Assembly (NCBI GenBank): GCA_963706595.1
Contig: OY970166.1
Coordinates: 4,640,001-4,704,000, forward strand
DNA from: an uncultured cyanobacterium
GTDB taxonomy: Bacteria; Cyanobacteriota; Cyanobacteriia; Cyanobacteriales; Nostocaceae
DNA: 64,000 nt
Reading direction: 5' to 3'
Shown: positions 53,809-61,879 of the stretch, in pieces
How positions within the stretch are numbered: the stretch's first letter is position 1
Layout: each line of letters begins with the position of its first letter
Notes under the pieces: model-generated
Told to the model about the DNA's origin: nothing
Databases searched by the model: none
Seen by the model: the letters and a program-made list of their open reading frames with translations, nothing else
Position numbers and translations under genes: made by a program

Positions 53809-53817
53809 GACTTATCT

Positions 53818-54678
53818 ATGTATTCAAATAATCAAAACATTACATCTAATAACTTATCTAAAAATCATTGGAAAAAAGCTCCCCAATGGTTTGATTTGCT
53901 TAGTTCACCCTTACGTCCAAGTCCTGAAGATATAGATTTTCTGAAACTACAAGTTTTACCTAAACTACAAATAGACTCTGCTGAAACAAAAAAAGTTGTT
54001 TTATTAGGAGTAACACCAGAAATTGCCACTTTACCTTGGTCTGAAAAGACTGAAATTTTAGCTATTGACAGTTCTGATATGATGATTAATACAGTTTGGC
54101 CTCGAGAACAGGTTTCTAGAGGAAAAGCTATTAATGGAAATTGGCAACAACTGCCTTTAGCAGATAATTCCTGTAACCTGGTTTTAGGAGACGGTTGTTT
54201 TACTTTACTTGATTATCCTCATGGCTATAAAACAGTTTTACAAGAAATTCTCAGAGTCCTTAAAACTAACGGATTATGTGTAATGAGATTTTTCTTGCGC
54301 CCAGAGAAAGCTGAGGATTTGCCAACTATATTTGCACAATTACAGAATAAATCTGTTGGTAATTTTCAGGTTTTTAAGTGGCGTTTAGCAATGGCTTTAC
54401 AAAAAAATATTCAGTCAGGAGTTCCAGTCAGAGAAATTTGGCAGGTATGGAATCAAGAAGTTCCTTTCCCAGAAAAACTTATGCAAGAATTGGCATGGTC
54501 GAGCGAATTGCTAGAAACTATAAATATCTATAAAGATTCACCATCTGTTTACACATTTCCCACATTAGCAGAAGTTAGACAGTTGTGTAATTCTGACTTT
54601 ATCGAAGAGTCCTGTTATTTTCCTAGCTATGAGTTGGGAGAACGTTGTCCCACTTTAGTATTTCGCGCTCTCAAGTAA
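53818..54678 (+). CDS. Class I SAM-dependent methyltransferase
   Basis: VVLLGVTPE (motif I variant), AIDSS, LPLADNSCNLVLGDG, EILRVLK. Confidence 0.75.
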   Translation: MYSNNQNITSNNLSKNHWKKAPQWFDLLSSPLRPSPEDIDFLKLQVLPKLQIDSAETKKVVLLGVTPEIATLPWSEKTEILAIDSSDMMINTVWPREQVSRGKAINGNWQQLPLADNSCNLVLGDGCFTLLDYPHGYKTVLQEILRVLKTNGLCVMRFFLRPEKAEDLPTIFAQLQNKSVGNFQVFKWRLAMALQKNIQSGVPVREIWQVWNQEVPFPEKLMQELAWSSELLETINIYKDSPSVYTFPTLAEVRQLCNSDFIEESCYFPSYELGERCPTLVFRALK

Positions 54679-54736
54679 AATTTTTCTGAACCAATATTGT
54701 ATTAAAACGAAGTCACTTTATAGGAGGATGAATTGA

Positions 54737-56305
54737 ATGTTGGATTGCATCGTTATTGGAGGGGGTCCAGGAGGCTTAGTTACTACTAAAGAGCTACTTG
54801 AACAAGGCATAGATAAAGTAGTTTGCTTGGAAAAAACAGAGGAAATAGGCGGTGTTTACATTAATCATGCTTATGATAATTTAATTTTGACTTCTTCTTG
54901 TACATATAGTATGTTTTCAGATTTCTGGATGGGAGATGGAAAACAGCACGAATTCTGGACTAAAAAAGAAGTTGTTGAATATTGGAAAAATTACGCTAAA
55001 CATTTTGGAGTTATAGATAAAATTCGTTTCAACTCTGAAGTTTTATCAATAACTCCACAAGACACAGGAGGATGGCAAGTTGAACTGAAATCACAAGAAA
55101 TTTTACACTCAAAACGAGTAGCATTAGCAATTGGCAATAATAATATCCCTAGTTATCCAGATTGGAAAGAATCATTAACCCAGGTTGAGTTTTTTCATTC
55201 CCAACAATATCGCAATGCTAACGGATTTGTAGATAAAAATGTATTAGTAGTTGGAGGCGGAGAGTCAGGAGCAGATATAGCACTAGAAACATCTAAAGTC
55301 GCCAAAACTTGCTGGAATAGTCTACGGAATTCCGCCGGATGGATTATTCCCAGAAAAAGAGGTGCTTATGCTGCTGACATTGCTACCCATCGAGGGTTAT
55401 ATGGTTTACCAAGGGAATATGGATATACATTTAGTAATCTTCTTATTCAAAATGAATTGAATTACAATGATCCGGTTCATGACACTGTTGTGAAGCTGAA
55501 TCAGAAAATAAAGTCTAAAAACGGAATTTGGGGAATATATGGAACTAAAAACTTGTCATTACCTCAAGCAATTGTTGATCATGGTTGTCAAGTTGTAGGC
55601 GAAATTTCCCAAGTAGAAGATGGAGGTAAAACTTTAATCACTGCGGATGGTGAAATTCTGGAAAATGTAGATGCAGTGGTATTTTGTACAGGTTACAAAA
55701 ACTCTATTTCCTTTCTACCAGATGAGTTTAAAAAAACCGATCCTCGATATCTGTATAAACATATGTTTCATCCAGAATTGCGGGATAAAATTGTTTGGAT
55801 TGGTTGGGCGCGTCCAGGTTATGGTAGCCAATTTCCGATTATGGAAATGCAAGCTAGGTTGTTTGCGTTAATTTGTGCCGATCAAAAAGAACTACCATCT
55901 TTGGAAACTATGAAAGAGGTTGCATTTGTAGATAGAGAAAATTTTTTAAAGCAGTTTGAACATAATGCTGTTCGCATAAGAAGTTTGGTTGATTACCATA
56001 TCTATATGGATGATCTTGCAGATGTAATTGGATGTAAACCGCCATTATGGAAATACTTCTTTTTGCATCCTCGTCTATGGCTACGGATAGTATATGGAGC
56101 AACTCAAGCTACTCAATTTCGTCTCCAAGGACCTGGACAGAAGGAAACTTTAGCTCAAGAGTTTATTAGGAAATTACCTGTAAGTCCCTTCAATCATGTG
56201 GTCAAAGCTGGTTTAATAGGTCGTTTAATTTATGCTTTGAACGCTATAGTTAAACCTATTTCATCTTTACGCTTACGGAAGCTAAAACATAAAACTTTAT
56301 CTTGA
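54737..56305 (+). CDS. Class B flavin-dependent monooxygenase (FMO-like)
   Basis: GGGPGG (FAD), FFHSQQY, VGGGESG (NADPH) and FCTGY motifs; own AGGAGG RBS. Confidence 0.9.
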   Translation: MLDCIVIGGGPGGLVTTKELLEQGIDKVVCLEKTEEIGGVYINHAYDNLILTSSCTYSMFSDFWMGDGKQHEFWTKKEVVEYWKNYAKHFGVIDKIRFNSEVLSITPQDTGGWQVELKSQEILHSKRVALAIGNNNIPSYPDWKESLTQVEFFHSQQYRNANGFVDKNVLVVGGGESGADIALETSKVAKTCWNSLRNSAGWIIPRKRGAYAADIATHRGLYGLPREYGYTFSNLLIQNELNYNDPVHDTVVKLNQKIKSKNGIWGIYGTKNLSLPQAIVDHGCQVVGEISQVEDGGKTLITADGEILENVDAVVFCTGYKNSISFLPDEFKKTDPRYLYKHMFHPELRDKIVWIGWARPGYGSQFPIMEMQARLFALICADQKELPSLETMKEVAFVDRENFLKQFEHNAVRIRSLVDYHIYMDDLADVIGCKPPLWKYFFLHPRLWLRIVYGATQATQFRLQGPGQKETLAQEFIRKLPVSPFNHVVKAGLIGRLIYALNAIVKPISSLRLRKLKHKTLS

Positions 56306-57189
56306 TAATCAAAGTACATAATCAAAGTACGAGTCTTACAAAAACAATGGGAATATCTATTGGTAAACCGATCTTTAATACACAAGTCTATATTCTTGAT
56401 CAAAACTTAAATCTTCTTCCTGTAGGTATTCCCGGAGAGTTACACATCGGAGGAATTGGTCTATCTAGAGGCTATTTGAGGCGCGATGAACTAAGTGAAA
56501 ATAAGTTTATCCCCAATCCTTTTGGTGAGGGAAAGCTATATAAAACTGGAGATTTAGCTCGTTATCTTCTTAACGGAGAAATTGAATTTCTCGGTCGTCT
56601 AGATGATCAAGTCAAAATACGGGGTTTCCGTATTGAATTAGGAGAAATTAAAAATTCTTTATCTCAGCATGATCAAATCCGAGAAACCTTAGTTATTGCC
56701 TACGAAGATTTAGTTGAAAAGCGATTAGTTGCTTATTTTGTTAGCCGTGCTGATGACGCTATTTCTAATCAAGACTTACGAGAGTTTCTAGGGCAAAAAT
56801 TACCCTCTTACATGATTCCGTCTGCTTTTCTACAAATAGAGAAGTTTCCCTTAACTACCAGTGGCAAAATCGACCGTCGCGCTTTACCAAAACCGAGTTT
56901 TGAGCAGATTAATACAGAGTTTGTTCCCCCTCGCACTGAGATAGAAGTCAAAATTGCCGAGATTTGGTCACAAGTTTTGGGGATAGATACTATCGGCGTT
57001 GATGATAATTTTTTTGCCGTAGGAGGACATTCACTTTTAGCAACTCAGGTAATTTCCCGCCTGTTCCAAGTGTTTGGTGTCAAACTTTCTTTTATCAGTT
57101 TTTTCTCTACACCTACTATAGCGGGATTAAGTCAGGAAATAGAGAAGTTGCGCGGGGTTAGTGATGATTATGAAGAGGGAGAAATCTGA
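56302..57189 (+). CDS. C-terminal half of an NRPS A domain (a6-a10) plus T domain and acidic docking tail
   Basis: SIGKPI, GELHIGG, YKTGD, GRLDDQVKIRGFRIELGE, SGKIDR, GGHSL, terminal DDYEEGEI; start TTG 56302 or ATG 56347. Confidence 0.85.
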   Translation: MIIKVHNQSTSLTKTMGISIGKPIFNTQVYILDQNLNLLPVGIPGELHIGGIGLSRGYLRRDELSENKFIPNPFGEGKLYKTGDLARYLLNGEIEFLGRLDDQVKIRGFRIELGEIKNSLSQHDQIRETLVIAYEDLVEKRLVAYFVSRADDAISNQDLREFLGQKLPSYMIPSAFLQIEKFPLTTSGKIDRRALPKPSFEQINTEFVPPRTEIEVKIAEIWSQVLGIDTIGVDDNFFAVGGHSLLATQVISRLFQVFGVKLSFISFFSTPTIAGLSQEIEKLRGVSDDYEEGEI

Positions 57190-57569
57190 ATTATATTCAA
57201 ATTTTACACAAAAACCTCACTATAAGTATCGCTGATTTCCTTGGGCATTGGCAAAAAACACAACCAGATGCGATCGCAATTATAATTCATCGAGAAGAAT
57301 TTGTTGCCCCTACTCATACAACAGAAATTAAATTAGCTCAAATTTGGGAAGAAATATTGAAAATAAAGAACATAGGAATTGATGATAATTTTTTGGACTT
57401 AGGAGGAAATTCTTTACTGGCAACACAAATTATCTTTCGTCTCCGCCCAACCTTTTAGGTAGAAATTTCTCTAAAGAGTTTTTTCAAAACACCTAATATA
57501 GCGGGATTAAGCCAGGAAATAGACAATTTACGCGAGTTTAGTGATAATTATGAGGAGGGGGAAATATGA
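57186..57569 (+). pseudogene. Collapsed NRPS A-T gene relic
   Basis: 57210-57283 copies the 5' end of the 49487 gene; 57295-57569 is a frameshifted T domain (GGNSLLATQ...YEEGEI). Confidence 0.8.
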
Positions 57570-60500
57570 ATTCTATTCAAGTATTATTGGAAGAATTGCA
57601 AGCTGAAAATATTCAGTTGTGGGTTGAGGAAGATCGTCTGCGCTATCGTTGTCCAAATAATGCCCTCACCCCAGAGTTAAGAGAACAGTTATCTGCTCAT
57701 AAATCGGAAATAATTGCTTTTTTGCGACAACAGGAACGAGTGGAAACTATCCCCATTGCTGAGGATGATTTTCTCCCTTTATCCTTCGCCCAGCAACGTT
57801 TGTGGTTTCTCGATCAACTTGAACCAAATCTTGCGGTTTATAATACCCCTCTAGCTTTACGTTTGCAGGGGAATCTTGATATTTCTGCTTTAGAAAAAAG
57901 CCTGGAAAAGATTGTTGAGCGTCATAGTGTTTTGCGTACTAATTTTCCCACGATAGACGGAAAACCTTATCAAAATATAGTATCGGAATTAAGGCTATCC
58001 GTTCCTGTGGTTGATATGCAACATCTTGATTCTGCTACAGCAGAGGCGGAACTTCAAGATATTCTTGTTCAATTCATCAACGAACCTTTTGATTTAGCAG
58101 AAGGAAAGGTAATCAGAAGTCAGATATTTCATATCTCTGCTTCAGAATATATTTTAGTCACTGTTGTACATCATATCGCTTTTGATGCTTGGTCATCAAG
58201 GATTTGGTGGCAGGAGTTAATGAATTTTTATCAGGCTTTTGCTTTCAATGAACCGATATCTTTACCAGAGTTATCGATTCAATATAAAGATTTTGCGGTG
58301 TGGCAAAAATCACGTTTGCAAGGAGATTTTTTAGACCAGGAAGTTAATTACTGGCGAGAAAAACTAGCGGATGCGCCTCAAAATTTGGATCTGCTTACTG
58401 ACAACCCCCGCCCACCTGTACAGACTCACACAGGCGATCGCCAACATTTTCACCTTTCTAGTTCTCAAGTGGTAGCACTCAAACAATTAGGACTGGGTAA
58501 GGGGGCGACTTTGTATATGACTTTACTAACGGCTTTTGCCATCCTGCTGCATCGCTATAGTGGCCAAGAAGATTTTCTGATTGGTTCACCCATTGCTAAC
58601 CGCAACTATACAGAAATTGAAAACTTGATTGGCTTTTTTGTCAATACCCTGGCTTTGCGGATTAATTTAGCTAAAGACATTACTTTCCTGGAACTGCTGC
58701 AACAAGTTCGAGATACTACCCTAGAAGCTTATAGCCATCAAGATATTCCCTTTGAAAAGCTGGTTGAGGAATTGCAACCACAGCGCGATCGCTCCCGTCA
58801 TCCGCTATTTCAAGTCATGTTTGCCCTGCAAAATGTGCAAAGAGCAACCGTGAATTTACCTGACATTAATGTTAGTTCTTTCCCAGTTAGTACCAATACG
58901 AGTAAGTTTGATATCACTGTCATTCTGGAAGAAACCAAGGAAGGATTAAAAGGCTTTTTTGAGTATAGCAATGATTTATTTAATCGAGATACTATTATTC
59001 GTGCTGTTGAACATTTCCAAACATTACTAGAAGGGATTGTTGCTCATCCCGATCAACTTATTTCCCAGTTACCGCTATTCACAAATTCTGAGCAAAAACA
59101 AATTTTAGTTGAGTGGAATCAGACTAAGACAGAATACCCACAGGATAAGTGTATTCATCAATTATTTGAGGAACAGGTCGAGAAAACGCCAGATGCGATC
59201 GCAGTGGTGTTTGAAGATGAACAACTAACTTATCAACAGTTGAATGAAAAAGCTAATCAACTTGCTCATTACCTAAAAGGTTTAGGGGTTGGTACTGATG
59301 TTTTAGTAGGGTTATATGTAGAAAGGTCTGTTGATATTATGGTTGGTATATTAGGCATTCTCAAAGCTGGTGGTGCTTATGTCCCCCTTGACCCCAAATA
59401 TCCATCGGAACGTTTGGCATTAATGATACAGGAGGCTCAAGTTGAGGTTATATTAACACAACAACACCTAATAAATTCACTGCTAAAAACAGAGGCAAAA
59501 ATCATCTGTTTAGATACAGATTGGCAAGTAATATCATCTTCCCATTCTCCTCAATCTTCCCCCAGTCCTCAATCCCCTAATGATCTAGCTTACGTAATTT
59601 ATACATCTGGTTCAACTGGTAAACCCAAAGGCGTTGCTATGCCGCATCGTCCTTTGGTGAACTTAATTACTTGGCAATTACAAACATCCACCATTGAACC
59701 CCAAAGCAGAACACTGCAATACACACCCATTAGTTTTGATGTCTCCTTTCAAGAAATCTTTTCCACCCTGACCACAGGTGGCACATTGGTCTTAATCACC
59801 GATGAGACACGACGCAATCCCAGCAGTTTATTGCAACTTCTTCAGCAACAGCACATCAATCGTTTATTCTTACCCTTTGTTGCCCTACAACAATTAGCTG
59901 AGGTGGTACAGCTAGAAGGTATACTCCTCAGTAGTTTGCAGGAAGTGATTACTGCCGGCGAACAGTTACGGATTACGGAGGCAATCGCACATCTGTTCAC
60001 CCATTTACCCCACTGCACACTACACAACCATTATGGGCCGTCAGAAACTCATGTTGTAACTGCCTATACCTTGACAGGTTCAGCCCAAGATTGGGCGATG
60101 TTACCACCGATTGGTCATCCCATAGCCAATACTCAAATTTATCTCTTAGATGCTTACGGACAACCAGTACCAATTGGGGTAGCAGGGGAATTATATATTG
60201 GGGGTGCTGGTATGGCTAGAGGTTATCTCCATCGTCCTGAACTAACTGCTAAGAAATTTGTTTCCCATCCCTTGAGCCATGAATCAACCGCAAAACTCTA
60301 TCGCACTGGTGATTTAGCACGTTATCTTCCTGATGGAAATGTAGAATTTCTCGGTCGTCTAGATGATCAAGTCAAAATACGGGGTTTCCGTATTGAACTT
60401 GGAGAAGTGGAAGCTGTTCTCAATCAACATCCTCATGTCTTCAATACAGTGGCGATCGCCCGTGAAGACATTCCCGGAGATAAACGCCTCATAGCTTATA

Positions 60501-61822
60501 TTATCCTTGAACCCCAAGCAACACCCTCTCAGAGCGAATTGCGGGAATTTCTGAGACAGAAGCTACCAGATTACATGATTCCCTCTGTTTTCGTATTTTT
60601 AGACAAGTTTCCCCTGACTCCCAATGGTAAAATCAACCGTCGCGCTCTGCCCAAGCCTGAATTAACTCTGCAAGAACGAGAGGAAACTTTTATCGCGCCA
60701 CGTAATGAATTAGAAGAGAAACTGGCAGTAATTTGGCAAGAAATTTTAAAGATTGAGCCAATTGGTATTCACGATAACTTCTTTGAACTAGGAGGTCATT
60801 CCCTACTCACAGTCAGTCTGGTAACTAAAATCGAGACGACGCTGGGGAAAAAACTGCCAATTACAGCTCTATTTGAGTTAACAACCATTGCTCAGTTAGC
60901 CAATTATCTTAAAAATGAAGATATTTTAGACAACCCTCCCGCTCATCCCACTATTTACGATTACCAACTTTCTGGAGAGCAAGAAAAACAGCTTTTAGCC
61001 ATTATCGTTGGTCGTCAAGGTGAACGACCTCACCCGCACTCATTCATGGTGAAAATCCACTCAAAAGGTGATCAGGAAAAACCGTTTTTTTACTGCGCTA
61101 ATAGTTATAAAGAAGCTCTACCTTTAGCCAATTGTTTAGAATATTCTTTTTATTTACTCGAATCAGGTTATACTGTCTTTGGTAGTGATTATGCTTACGG
61201 CATTAAGGCTTTAGCGGCGCGCCATGTGGAAGATATTTTAAGAGTCCAGCCTCACGGATTTTATTCCATTGGTGGTTATTCTTATGGAACACTGGTAGCT
61301 TACGAAATTAGTCAGCAACTGCAAGCACGAGGAAAAACCGTAGATTTATTAGTGATTTTTGATCGTCCAGGTACTCATTTTCTTTACGTACTTTATCAAT
61401 ACTTCTACAAGCTACCGTCTCATATTAGTTGGATTTTGTCTACTCTCCAGCAGTCTCACCCCAGAAAACGTTTGCAAGATTTGCAACAAAAAGGATTAAG
61501 GATTTTGCGGAGGTTGGGATTAAATCAGATACCACAGCAAGCAACAACAGAAATACAACTATCAGAACAGAGCCTATCTTCCCCAATGCTGAACACATCT
61601 CCTTATCAATTTGCGCCCTATGAAGGTCGTGTAGTCTTGTTGTGTGCAGAGGAAAGAAAAACGCCACTGTGGTTATTTCCCCACAATGGGTGGAGTCAGA
61701 AAATCCTACCCAATTTGGAGGTATACAAAGTACCTGGGACGCACCACAACATGATTAAATCTCCCCATGTCGAAGTTTTGGCAAAACAACTGAAAACGTG
61801 TTTACAACGCATCGCATTTTAG
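57566..61822 (+). CDS. Terminal NRPS: docking domain-C-A(Pro)-T-TE
   Basis: TubC-type N-terminal docking sequence, HHIAFD, manually read specificity code DVQFIAHVVK (Pro), GGHSL, TE GYSYG. Confidence 0.92.
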   Translation: MNSIQVLLEELQAENIQLWVEEDRLRYRCPNNALTPELREQLSAHKSEIIAFLRQQERVETIPIAEDDFLPLSFAQQRLWFLDQLEPNLAVYNTPLALRLQGNLDISALEKSLEKIVERHSVLRTNFPTIDGKPYQNIVSELRLSVPVVDMQHLDSATAEAELQDILVQFINEPFDLAEGKVIRSQIFHISASEYILVTVVHHIAFDAWSSRIWWQELMNFYQAFAFNEPISLPELSIQYKDFAVWQKSRLQGDFLDQEVNYWREKLADAPQNLDLLTDNPRPPVQTHTGDRQHFHLSSSQVVALKQLGLGKGATLYMTLLTAFAILLHRYSGQEDFLIGSPIANRNYTEIENLIGFFVNTLALRINLAKDITFLELLQQVRDTTLEAYSHQDIPFEKLVEELQPQRDRSRHPLFQVMFALQNVQRATVNLPDINVSSFPVSTNTSKFDITVILEETKEGLKGFFEYSNDLFNRDTIIRAVEHFQTLLEGIVAHPDQLISQLPLFTNSEQKQILVEWNQTKTEYPQDKCIHQLFEEQVEKTPDAIAVVFEDEQLTYQQLNEKANQLAHYLKGLGVGTDVLVGLYVERSVDIMVGILGILKAGGAYVPLDPKYPSERLALMIQEAQVEVILTQQHLINSLLKTEAKIICLDTDWQVISSSHSPQSSPSPQSPNDLAYVIYTSGSTGKPKGVAMPHRPLVNLITWQLQTSTIEPQSRTLQYTPISFDVSFQEIFSTLTTGGTLVLITDETRRNPSSLLQLLQQQHINRLFLPFVALQQLAEVVQLEGILLSSLQEVITAGEQLRITEAIAHLFTHLPHCTLHNHYGPSETHVVTAYTLTGSAQDWAMLPPIGHPIANTQIYLLDAYGQPVPIGVAGELYIGGAGMARGYLHRPELTAKKFVSHPLSHESTAKLYRTGDLARYLPDGNVEFLGRLDDQVKIRGFRIELGEVEAVLNQHPHVFNTVAIAREDIPGDKRLIAYIILEPQATPSQSELREFLRQKLPDYMIPSVFVFLDKFPLTPNGKINRRALPKPELTLQEREETFIAPRNELEEKLAVIWQEILKIEPIGIHDNFFELGGHSLLTVSLVTKIETTLGKKLPITALFELTTIAQLANYLKNEDILDNPPAHPTIYDYQLSGEQEKQLLAIIVGRQGERPHPHSFMVKIHSKGDQEKPFFYCANSYKEALPLANCLEYSFYLLESGYTVFGSDYAYGIKALAARHVEDILRVQPHGFYSIGGYSYGTLVAYEISQQLQARGKTVDLLVIFDRPGTHFLYVLYQYFYKLPSHISWILSTLQQSHPRKRLQDLQQKGLRILRRLGLNQIPQQATTEIQLSEQSLSSPMLNTSPYQFAPYEGRVVLLCAEERKTPLWLFPHNGWSQKILPNLEVYKVPGTHHNMIKSPHVEVLAKQLKTCLQRIAF

Positions 61823-61879
61823 TTTGGTAGAAAGGATTGCCCGCCCTTGTGTACCTCACCCAAATGAAATGTGCTGTAA

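Noticed and set aside
53799..56324. Classical heterocyst excision element (nifD/fdxN/hupL type)
   Set aside because: No recombinase gene inside and only a 5-bp AT-rich direct repeat; retained just as a minor alternative hypothesis.
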